From Balamuthia mandrillaris (taxonomy: Eukaryota), in contig JAVKOQ020000076.1 in the NCBI GenBank assembly GCA_031835245.2, positions 62,001 to 126,000 of the forward strand: 64,000 bases of DNA. The letters run 5' to 3'. Below are positions 23,415-34,017 of this stretch, piece after piece. Made by a program: the position numbers and the translations under genes. The first letter of the stretch is position 1, and every line of letters begins with the position of its first letter. The notes below the pieces were generated by a model. The model was not told where the DNA came from and made no database searches. It saw only the letters and a list, made by a program, of their open reading frames with translations.

Positions 23415-23960
23415 CCGTACTTTTGTTTTAACGACGTGTTCAGCGTTTTTGACGGGCCGCAGCACAACGTCAGCCGTGGCATCGTGGCCGTAGAGCGAGG
23501 CCAGCGAATGACGAGCCGGAGGGAGGTTGTTCCCCTCGCCGCCGTTGGCTGTGGTTCGTTGCTGTTTTGGCGGGGACACATCCCCTTGCGTCGAACTCGA
23601 GGCATCGCCAGCAGTGGAGGTAGCGGCGGTCGTTGCGGGCGGAGCGCTGTCCCTCCGTCGCCGTTTGTTGTTGTTCTTTTTGTGGTGGTCGTTCGTGATG
23701 GAGGCTAGATCGACGTAGGCAAACGGGGAGGGGGCAGCAGCAGTGGCGGAGACGTCGTGATGGGTGGAAGCTCCCAAAGGCGCTCCGACGGCCGTCGGCG
23801 CAGTTTCGGCAACCACGTCGCTCGTGTGTTGTGGTTGTTTTGGCTGGGCTGTATTTTGCTTGCCGTTGTGGTTGTTGTTGTTGTTGTTGCTGTTCTTCTT
23901 CTTGGTAGGCGTCTTCTTCTTCTTCTTCTTCTGCTGCACGGCTCTCTTTCTTTTTCCCAT
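20682..23960 (-). CDS. DEDDh RNA exonuclease (REX1/REXO5/SDN5-like), multi-exon
   Basis: AIDCEM, IIDYLTKYSGIT, LVGHSLENDL, IIDTSVLY, GHDSVEDA. Probable start MGKRKR at 23960. Confidence 0.9.
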
Positions 23961-24167
23961 TTTCTTTTCTTCTTTTCTTCTTTTTTCTTTTTTCTTTTTC
24001 TTTTCTGTTGGCACTGGATCCCAACATAATAGGAGGCAGTCCTAACTAATAGAAACTTTTTAACGTCGACAGCTTCGCTTGCTGCACAAAATGAGCTACT
24101 GTTCTGCTCGAATATCTCTAAGATACACGTTTCAACCAATTAGGATTACAACATAATAGATTTCTGG

Positions 24168-26329
24168 ATGAGATGCAACAAGGACCGCCACCCAAACGAG
24201 CCAGGCGAGAAGAGCAGCAAAACGAAGCTGTTCTCTGGTGGTGATGGTGATGGTGGAGAAGCGTCCATGGACACCCTCTCCACCATCTCCAACATCCTCC
24301 AACTACTTCCAGAGCCACCCATATGCGTGGGCGGCCCCGCCGACTCGCTCCCGCCTCTTCCAGGCCTCTTGGTCAAAGGACGCCCCATCTCCCTCCCGCT
24401 CTCCGACTCGGATGGCTGCCTTCCTTTGGGAGGAGGGCTATCCCTCACCCCACGGCCAAGGGTTCGACACCGTCATCGACCCTCGCGCGCGCTCCTCCAA
24501 GGAATTCGCCCCGCAGGACTTTAGCTTTGCCCACCCCTCCTGGAACGAGCGCATCTCCTCTCTTGCCCAGCAAGTGGCCATCCAGTTGGGAGCAGCATCA
24601 ACAAGGACAGAAACAGAGACAACATTGGAAGCAAGGCCTTACAAGCTGTTGTTTTACGGTGAGGGAGATCACTTTTTGCCGCACAGAGACACCGAGAAGG
24701 AGAGCGGCATGTTTGCCACGCTCATCATACAGCTCGAACAGCAGCACGGGAGGCGCTCTTCTCGTTCACCACAACAGCAAGGACACCTGTTTCGATTTTG
24801 GGGCGAGCACGGGCATGGCTGGCTTTCAGTGCCACTACGCCGCTCACTATGCGGACGTGGAGCATAAGGTCCAGCCAGTCACATCTGGCCATCGTTTGGC
24901 CGTGGTCTACAACATCGTTTGGACTTCTTATACACCAACCTTCTTCTGATGCTCCTCAAAAGCACAAAGAGAAAGAAAAAGAAAAAAGAAAAAGAGCACG
25001 AAATGGAGATAGAGGCGCTGAGTCAATGGGACAGAGGTTCAAACAGCAAGGTGGTCATGCTGCTGGACCACCTCTACACAGAGGAGGGTCTTCTGGGAAG
25101 AGGTCTTGCAGCTTTGAAGGGAAAGGACCTGGTGTTGGCGGACATCATCCGCGCGGCCAATGCCATGGTGGATCCAGAGCATAGGGTGAGCCTCTGGTTG
25201 GTTTATTTGGAGCAGAAGAAAGAGTTCTTCAAGCGCTACCACCGCTGGGAAGAGAACCAAGAACCAGACGAACACTCAGACAGCTTCCTGAGAGCGTTTT
25301 GAAAGCAATACGACAGAAACCTGGACTTTCGGTGGTATACAGCAGCAGGTCAGCCGTTGAGGCTCTATCGTCCCATCAACTTTGACAAAGACGTGGTAAT
25401 TCTCGACACACACGCGGTGAGAGAACAAGGACAAGAAGAAGAGGAGGAAGAACATGCTTATTGCTGCAATGAGGAAATTGAAGACGAAACGTGCAGAGCG
25501 GTATTCTGTTTTCCAGGACAGTCAGAGGTGAAAGGCTACACTGGCAATGAGGGACCTACCAAGACGACCACTTATCATCGCTCCGCTCTTGTCATTTGGC
25601 CAGAAGCCCAAGAACTACAACTAGGGCTGAAAGCAGGAGGTTTATATGGCATGGCGGCGTGCGTTCATGCCATGACAGCACATTTGAGATCAAAAGAACG
25701 AGAGCATGACAAGAAACAGCTGCTGAGCCAAGTGGACACGGTGTTGGACACCTGGACAGACATGAGCAGCAAGTTGAAGAAAGTGACAACCACAGGATCC
25801 ATCGCTCGGACAGCTACGTTCCTGTTGAAAACAATACCTCGGGGGGAAGTTGGACCTGTACAGAGGATCACAGACTTGCTGAGCAAGGTGGAGCCACACA
25901 ACGTTGCAGCTGCCTACAAGCATGACCTCGAGGAGCTCGCTGAGGAGCTCACGAAGTGCCTCTCAAGAGTTGCCGACCGCAATTGAAGCTGGCAAAGCTA
26001 TTGCACAAGACACTATAGACGACCTCATTCTTCAGGCAAGCACACAAGAGGAAGAAGAGGAGGAGGGAGGCATAAAAGAAGACCAGAAAACGAGAAAGAA
26101 GAGACAGAGAAAAAGGAAGCTAGAGGAGAAGAAAAGGAAGAAAAAGCAACTGGAGATGCTACACATTCCTGCTCTCGTGTTGTGTGCAGCAATCGATGAT
26201 GCGGAACATGGACAACTCATGGAGAAAGACGACCTCAAACGAACGCTACAGCGAGAGGCTCTCTTTGGGCCGTATGCCGCGTTTCGAGACCAGCTGCTGT
26301 CTCTTATGGAAGAGCAACCAGAGTCATAA
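24168..26329 (+). pseudogene. Disrupted 2OG-Fe(II) oxygenase superfamily gene
   Basis: YKLLFYGEGDHFLPHRDTEKESGMFATL / GGALLV..YAAHYADVEHKVQPVTSGHRLAVVYN / LLDHLYT / GYTGNEG..YHRSALVIWP are spread over three frames. About four frameshifts and an in-frame TGA at 25300-25302; no GT-AG introns seen at the breaks. Confidence 0.85.
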
Positions 26330-26453
26330 AAGAATGACAGTAAGAAAAAAAATCGAAGACAATTGTTGCATGTTGATAATGGCCATGATTATTCTTTGTA
26401 TAGTGTGTTGATAACCTGTTAGACGTTTTTTTTTTTTGTTTGTTTTTTTTTTT

Positions 26454-26497
<44 letters not shown>

Positions 26498-26530
26498 CAC
26501 ATCTGTTACTCTTCTCTCTCAAATACTGAA

Positions 26531-26790
26531 AAATAAAAAAGATGATTGTGCAAACAACAAGAGTCGAACTGTGAGCCACGACGTCGTGTGCCTTTAAAAA
26601 AAAAAAAGGTATATGTCCACAACGAGAGTCGAACCGCCTAGCGTAACTTCTGAGCAAAGTAAAAAATGGGAATGTGCCCACAACGAGAGTCGAACTGTGA
26701 ACCTGACCAAGTAGTACGGCAAAAAAAAAAAAGAATACGTCCACATGGGGAGTCGAACCGGTAATTCAATTCTTCGAAACAAAAAAAAAA
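26531..26790 (-). repeat. Four-unit array: variable 20-25 nt segment + conserved GTTCGACTC(TCGTTGTGG) + oligo-T
   Basis: + strand GAGTCGAAC at 26561, 26626, 26687 and 26750 (spacing 65, 61, 63); units are separated by A-tracts. Confidence 0.85.
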
Positions 26791-26813
26791 GACAAAGCAG
26801 AGAAGAAGCGAGA

Positions 26814-28555
26814 ATGAGTTCATTGCTGGCGGTATGTGTGCACCTTCGCTTCAAAAAAACACTCCCCCCTTTTTTTTTCCTTTTGGTTGCTTTTCTTTCG
26901 CTGACTCTCTCTCTCTTTTCTTTCAACTTCATCTTTTTCGTGGAAAAAAAAGAAACTCAAACAATTGGCGACGTTCAGCCGCGAGTTGAAAGTCAGCATC
27001 GAACAACGCACTTTACAGGTAAAATTTCTTTCGTTCTTTTCTTCATATCTTCTCTCAGTCCTTTTTTGCTTCTACTTTAACCAAAACTTCAAAACATCAA
27101 ACACCAAAAAAAAAAAACCGAACAGCAAGACCTCGATGCCTACAAAGCCTACATGATGCTGCTCTACCACAAGAACCACCGCCACCTCCCTCTCAGCGAC
27201 CGCCCCGCCCTTCGCACCCGCTCCAAGGAGGAGAGGGACGCCTCCACCAACTTCAACTCCCGGCGACACAGGCGGATGGCCCAACGCCTGGCCGCCGTGC
27301 AGGTGGCCGAGCTGCTGCGTTGCCTCCACGAGCTGCCGCTGGAAAGGAGGCTGGCGCTGGACCCTTTCCCGGAGGAGGCCGCGGCCACGGCCCCGCCGCG
27401 GCGCCTTCCGGAGGGAGAGGAGGAGAGGGCGCGGGAGAAGGAGCGGAGGGACCAGATCCTCTGCGACCGGCTGCTGCGGCTCGGGGAGCGGGTGGAGAGG
27501 GAGTTCCCGCACCCCAGCGGCCATTTTTCGGTGCAGCTTCGTACGTCCACCATTCCGCACCCAGATAGCGGGCTTGGTATGTTGTTGTTGTGATGTTTTT
27601 CGTGTTCTCTTGTGCTCTGCTCCTCGTGCTCTGTTCATTCTCTTCTATCTTTCTTCTCTTCTTTCTTCTTTGTAGTTTTACTACTTTGTTGCACTTTCTT
27701 CCAACTCTCTTGTTCCATGCCACCTGCAGGAGTATACATAAAAGGGCATGCTATACCAGGCACAGTTCTTGGGTTCTACGGAGGAGTTACGCATCTGCCT
27801 CATCGCCTCACGAGAGGCGTTCGAGAAGGCAACGCTCACTATTACTATGTTCGCAGAGATAATCTGTTGGTGGATGGCAGAGAATGGGAGCGACTTAATA
27901 TGAGGATTAGAAACGGAGAAGATCCGTTGGATGTGTTAGGGCATGAGCGGCGTAGCAGCGCCATTGACACTGACTCTACCACAGCCTTACTCAAGTTTCG
28001 AAACCCCTTTGCTATTGGCCAAGTACTCTCTTTCCCTTTTCGTCTCACTTTTGTATCCTCTTTCTCATTTTTATCACCAACATTCAGTACATCAACCATG
28101 CGCCAGGGGAGCGTCGTCCTAATGCCATGTGCTACCAATTCGACTTTACCTCCAAAGCACCTCTCTCCAAAGAGTTGCTCGCCTACGCTCCCAACATCTA
28201 CTCCTCTCCTCCCTCTCTCTTCGACCGCGTCATCCTCGGTGGCGGCGGTCCTCTCTCTCTTCTCTCCCTTCTCTCCCAAAAGAACAACCTGCTGCGACAA
28301 GGAGCCATCGTCATTGCCACATCGCACATTCGCGACGAGGAAGTCTTTTTGAATTACGGTTTGAATCCCAACAACGAGGAGTGGCCCGAATGGTACGTCG
28401 ATCCTGATCCGGAGGCCACAAAGAGGTTGTGGGCAAAGCTACCGCACCATGAATGGATGCAAAAGGCGGTGCAGCGACAGCTCGATGGAGGTAAAATAGA
28501 TGAGCAAGCGAAAGGGAACGAAGGGAAAGAAGCAGAAATGAAGAAAGAAGATTAA
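26814..28555 (+). CDS. SETD9-like SET-domain protein, multi-exon
   Basis: STIPHPDSGLGVYIKG..PGTVLGFYGG, NPFAIGQYINH, IRDEEVFLNY..WPEWY. Two small upstream exons (26814-26831, 26953-27018) splice in frame to 27126. Confidence 0.75.
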
Positions 28556-28556
28556 A

Positions 28557-28596
<40 letters not shown>

Positions 28597-28679
28597 CAGT
28601 AAGGTGATGTAGAACAAACATATTTAAACAATAGCGCAAACGAAAACACATGCAATGCCTTTTCCTGCTTTCCTTCTTT

Positions 28680-29037
28680 TCAAGAAAGAAATGCGGTTGA
28701 TACCTCCTCCGACTGCGTTTCAAACAGCGTTGCTTCCTGTATCATCTTCATCGTTCCTCCGCTCAGTCCGCTTCCTCCACCTCCGCTTCCGCCTTCCGAA
28801 GAAGAAGAGGAGGAAGACGGGATTTGATATTGGTAGAAATAGCCTTCGGATGTGACCACCCGGAGCTCCTCGTTGTCATCGCTGATGGCGCAAATGGCAG
28901 GATTGCTGCCGGACGGAAGCTTCACGCTGGCAAAGCTCCGTTCGGGCTGCCAGAGGTCGCTGACCACCTCGGGGAGGTAGGCACTCATGAAGGAGGAGGA
29001 GGATGTGCTGGCGTGGCTCCCTGAGCTTGTGGATGCT

Positions 29038-29077
<40 letters not shown>

Positions 29078-30084
29078 AAGAGACGAGAGGGAGAGGGAGA
29101 GGGAGAGGAGAGGAAAGTGTGTGAGAGATGGAGAGAGAGACGAGAGGGAGAGAGGGAGAGAAGAAAGAGTGAGAGAGACGAAACAAACACACAAACAAAC
29201 CAACGTACAAAGAAGCCTTTTCGATTTTGTAGATATGAGCAGTGCCGGTGTCGCTCGTCACGCAGAGAAAAGAGGAGTCCCTGCTGAACGCCAGCGAATA
29301 GATGCGTGCCGCATAGCTGCCCCGCCTAAACTCGCAGACCTTGTGGCCACCGGGCACCGCAAAGACCCTCACCACCGTGCCCTTGTTGGAGGCGGTGGCC
29401 AGCAGGGTGCCCTCCTCGTTGAACGCCAGGAAGGAGATGCTGCCCTTGTGCGCCCGCTCGATGACGTTCAGGCTGGCCAGGTTGAGGGCGTCGTAGAGGA
29501 GGACGTCCCCTTTGGTGCCAGGGAAGGCCAGGTGGCTGCGGTTGTCGGGGGAGAGGGCCACCAGGCCCTCCGAGTTGGTGGCCGTGTCCAGGGTGTGCAG
29601 GATGCGCATGGTGCTGATGTCGTAGAGGTGGATCTTGGTCTCCATGACCACCGCCATGCGCTTCTTGTTCAGCTTGACGGCCAGGATGGAGCTCACGAAG
29701 GGCAGCTCGCAGATGGTCTGCTCGGTGGCGGTGTTGAGGATGCGCAGCTTGCGGGGGGAGAAGGTGGGCTGGTCCCCGGAGCCGACCAGAGCCACCAGGC
29801 TGGTGCAGAAGAGCATCTCTGCGATGCCACAGCCCCCTCCTTCTGCTGTTATACAAAAATCATTCATTTTTGAAAGATTTGAGTGATGGCGTTACGTTGT
29901 AAGAAAGAGAGGGAGAGAAAGAGGAAGCCAAACTGTATTCAAAGGCCAGGCGAAAGGGGTCACAATTGTAGACCCTTACGCCTTCTGTGGTGCCAGCAGA
30001 AAAACAGGAGGCATCCTGATTAAAATTGAAGAAGAGGAGGTCCTTGCGTTTGCTTCTATTTCCTGCCACGCTGGAGAGATTCAT
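28680..30084 (-). CDS. ATG18: PROPPIN autophagy protein ATG18/WIPI
   Basis: [52 protein letters not shown]. Confidence 0.95.
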
Positions 30085-30373
30085 ATTGCTCTTCTCTGTG
30101 TGTATCTATCTAATATTTTCTTCCTCCTTCCCACTGAGGGGGGTTAGTTAACGTTTCGCTGTATACGTTGCTTCCACCACCACCCACTTGTAAAACAAAC
30201 AATAAACAGGAACGTGTGTTGTTGGTGGTGCACCGCTTAGGGGGGGGTGGTGTGTTTTTCAATATCTTTCTTCCGCTTTCTTTTACTTCACTTCAAGTTT
30301 CCACCCCTTAAAAAGGGAATAATGGGAAAATTGGGAAAGGGAAAATGGGAACTGGGAATGATGGGAAAAATAA

Positions 30374-30555
30374 TTCAAATTGTTTACATTTTGGGCATGC
30401 TTTGCATTGTTTGAATTTGAGGAAGGGAATGTGTTTCCCTTACTGAAACAGTTCGAATTTTTGGCATGCTTATCATTGTTCGAATTGGTGGAACATAACT
30501 TAAACAATTTGAATTATTGGCATGCTTTGCATTGTTCGAATTGCGGAAGGGAATG
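30374..30555. repeat. Three imperfect ~55-60 bp repeats in the ATG18/Sar1 divergent intergenic region
   Basis: Core GGCATGCTT(TG/AT)CATTGTT(T/C)GAATT occurs three times. Confidence 0.85.
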
Positions 30556-30689
30556 GACGTGGCGCCTGCACACGTGGCTAGTAATGCCTGCTCTGCTGGC
30601 ATGTGTATATCACCTCACCCTTTCGAACAACAAACAAACAAACAAACAAACAAACAAACTAACAAACAAACGATAACATCACCAACGCA

Positions 30690-31801
30690 ATGGGTTGGTA
30701 CGACTGGTTCAAAGGGATAATGCAGTATCTTGGTGGGTTGTGCCTTGTTGTGGCTTCGTTTTTATCTTCTGGGTTGGTAACCTCCTGTATAGGGCTGTGG
30801 CGGATGGAAGGCAAGATACTGTTCGTGGGGCTAGATAATGCGGGCAAAACCACGCTGCTGTGCCTGCTCAGCCAGGACATCATCCGTTCTTACCCACCAA
30901 CGATGCATCCTCGTAAGATTTTCGCCGATTCTTTCTGTTCAGCAAGTTTCTTTCTTTTCTCTTGTTCGCACTCATACTTCTCTCCATTCTCTTTGCATCA
31001 CTACTCTATCTGACTTCATCTTTTGACGCATCCACCAAACAGAAATGGATACTGTACACATCGGAAAGGCCACCTTCAAAGCGTTTGACCTTGGTGGGCA
31101 TCGAAACGCCAGATCCTTCTGGAAGGTACCCTTCATTCTGCTTGACGCTCACTTTGCTTGTTGTTCTAAGCAACAGTTATAATGAACAACATACCATCCA
31201 GCATTATGTTGAGGTTGATGCAGTCGTGTTTATGGTAGATGCAATGGACAGAGACCGATTTGAGGAAGCCAAAGAAGAGCTTAATGTAAGTATAATACAA
31301 GACTATTTCAATTGCCTTAGAAGCTTTGTTCTCAACATTTTCCTGTGTTACTAGGGAGTTTTAAGTTCCGATGTGTTCTTGCATGTTCCTATTCTTGTCC
31401 TTGGCAATAAGATTGATAATCCACGCGCTGTTGACGAACATACATTACGGTTCGTTCTTTTTCGTTCTGTTCCTCTCTCATTCACGCCCTGTCTAATAGT
31501 TCCAGTTCATTTCTCGCCTGTGTTGACTAACCTTTTTTATCAACTGTTCATGAGAGAAGAAAGGAGCTTGGCCTTCTGAACACAACCACCGGAAAACCGA
31601 ACAAAGCGCTTCCCAAGGACCATCCTTCGTATATACGACCAGTGGAACTGTTCATGTGCAGCGTTGTTAAGAAAGCTGGATTGAAAGAAGGTTTGCACAG
31701 AGCGTCGTTGTTTTGTTGTTGTAAAAACCGTGTAACTGACTCCAATCCTTTGGACTTCTTTTGCAGCATTTGAGTGGATAGAGAGGAATGTTGATATCTG
31801 A
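30690..31801 (+). CDS. SAR1: Sar1-family small GTPase (divergent), multi-exon
   Basis: Amphipathic N-terminus MGWYDWF, GLDNAGKTT, PTMHP, FDLGGH, LGNKID, RPVELFMCSVV. Confidence 0.9.
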
Positions 31802-31881
31802 AACACGATTCTGTAGAGTGGGGTCCATCAGAGAAAGAAATACATCAAAAGACACAGATTTGTCAAACGTTATTCTGTTTG

Positions 31882-31927
<46 letters not shown>

Positions 31928-32125
31928 AGAGAAAGACAGAGACAGAGAGACAGAGACAGAGAGACAGAGAGACAGAGAGGCAGGGAGAGACACAAAGAGG
32001 AGAGGAGAGGAGAGGCAGAAGAGAGGCAGAGGAGAGGAGAGGCAGAGGAGAGGACGACGGAGAGACAGGAGAGAAGAGGAGCAGGAAAAGAGCGTGAACT
32101 TCTTTTTTAGTCCTTTTCGCTGTAT

Positions 32126-33442
32126 TTAGAATCGCGCTGCTACCAGTGCAGGAGAAGGAGGAGGTGAAGCAGAAAGGCGAAGAGAGAGCCACGTTCCAAG
32201 CCAACGCCATGCCGCCAAGGACAACTCTGGGCTCGTCACAAGTTGCATATGGTCGGGTGGTTGAGTCTCGCTCCGCAACACCACAATCCGGTTTCCACCT
32301 TGTGGTTTCTCTCTCTTCTCTTCTGACGTAGATGAGAGAAGAAGCGCTTCACGCGTAGGGATCGTAGCCGAAAAGAGCAACGCGTCTTCGGGGTTACAAG
32401 TCAGAACATCCCGCTCTGACAACAAATGCAAGAAGGGACACCGGATTCTCTTCAAGCCTTCGTTGTAGTCCCAACCGCTCCCTCGGTGCTTCCACTCGTT
32501 CCTCACAAACGTCATCAGCGTTTGGGAGAAGTAAGTGAAGGCCTCGTCAGTGGCGTTGCGACGGAACCAAGAGGTGGGATAGCGTCCAACGGTCCACAGG
32601 ATGACCAGAGCAACGTAGCAAGAGGCCAGCTTGACGAACCACCGCCTTCGAGAGGCGCAGTGTCGTTGTTGCCACGTGTTGCCAGCGATGCTGACGACGG
32701 CCTTGACCCTGTCGGCGTGTTTCGAGTGAACAAGCACAGCGTCGGCATGTTGAGAAAGCTGTTGGTCGTATCGGAGGTTGGATAACAGTTTTGTTTGTTG
32801 TTGATTATCGATGACCGTTGGTGATGAAGGCGCAGAAGAAGAAGAGGATGACCAAGAAAGAGAAGAAGCCATTCCGAGGTATGCAGGAAAGGTATGTCCA
32901 CAAAGAGAATGTCCAACCAGAGCTACAGGAGCGCACGGATCGATCCTCTCCGCAAGCTCAATGAAAGCACCCGTATCCAACACAATGTCATCATAGCTCC
33001 AATCCAAACCAGAAGAAGAAGGAGAAGAAGCGGGACGGCTTCTTCCATGTCCTCTTATGTCAGGAACGAGCACACGAAAGCCAAACTCGCAGCAGAGCAC
33101 CTCTCCTAACGTCTTTCGTTGCGTGCTTTCAACGGCGATGAGTTTGCGTTGTTGTGCTGTTTCTGGCCGCAGAGGAGAGCATAAGAGTGTGCGGGGAACA
33201 AGAGTGGAACTGTCTGTCATCATGGCATGTCCCAAAATGACTATTGGAACGGAATGTTGTGAAGCATGGCGTGGAATCAGGTCATGCACAAAACAGGTTA
33301 GCAAAGTTTTGTTTTCTGTGTGCAAAAAACGAAAATAAACAAACAAACGTGTAGAGTGTGATGACCCCAGAACAGACGTCTTGCAGAGTCTTGCGGTAAC
33401 GTGCTCATTTCTTTCTCTCTCTCTTTCTTCTTGAATGAACAC
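32126..33442 (-). CDS. Alpha/beta-hydrolase
   Basis: GHAMM, DIRGHGRS, nucleophile elbow GHSLCG, candidate acid ERDV and His DHM. Start uncertain; a short first exon from ATG 33532 is possible. Confidence 0.82.
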   Translation of the reverse strand: MFIQEERERERNEHVTARLCKTSVLGSSHSTRLFVYFRFLHTENKTLLTCFVHDLIPRHASQHSVPIVILGHAMMTDSSTLVPRTLLCSPLRPETAQQRKLIAVESTQRKTLGEVLCCEFGFRVLVPDIRGHGRSRPASSPSSSGLDWSYDDIVLDTGAFIELAERIDPCAPVALVGHSLCGHTFPAYLGMASSLSWSSSSSSAPSSPTVIDNQQQTKLLSNLRYDQQLSQHADAVLVHSKHADRVKAVVSIAGNTWQQRHCASRRRWFVKLASCYVALVILWTVGRYPTSWFRRNATDEAFTYFSQTLMTFVRNEWKHRGSGWDYNEGLKRIRCPFLHLLSERDVLTCNPEDALLFSATIPTREALLLSSTSEEKREKPQGGNRIVVLRSETQPPDHMQLVTSPELSLAAWRWLGTWLSLRLSASPPPSPALVAARF

Positions 33443-33563
33443 TATTATTGTTATTCAAAAGTTTGGAAATAATTGCTGATTATCACAATATAAACGATAA
33501 ACGTAACGATTGCTCAAATGTGATTGGCCCATTTTACAAAGAAAACAAAAAAAAAAGAGTTAT

Positions 33564-33975
33564 TCATTCCTTCGTTTCCACGATTTTGCTTTTCGTTTGT
33601 GGTTGTTCCAAGTCCATTGCGTCTTTTCTCTCCTCTTCCGACAAGGAAGAAGAAGAAGGACCCTCTGGCTCCACCATGACCGCTTCGTCCACGTCCTTTT
33701 CTTTTTCTTCGCTCTTTCGGTTATTGTGGTCGGCATTGTCGCTTCTGTTCTTGTTGGTGGATGTTCCAAAGAAAGAAGTAATGGGTTTGATGCGACGCGT
33801 TGGCGTTGTTGTGGGCTCGGAGGTGGTAGTTGCTGTGGGGCAGGGCGAGGGTGATTGCTTTTGTTGTTGTTGTGTTGCTGGCGTACCCTCCAACTGATTC
33901 TCTGATTTCTAATGAATGAAAGCAATCCAGTTAAATGATATGAAAGAAGAAAGAGAGAATGAGAACAACAAGAGA

Positions 33976-34017
<42 letters not shown>

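Noticed and set aside
25300..25302. Selenocysteine or readthrough TGA in the oxygenase
   Set aside because: The gene also has several frameshifts, so decay is the simpler explanation; no SECIS recognised.
26531..26790. Canonical CRISPR array or tRNA gene cluster
   Set aside because: Eukaryotic context, no cas genes and degenerate repeats. The units are too short for tRNA and lack a paired T stem and clear A box. Kept as an unexplained array.
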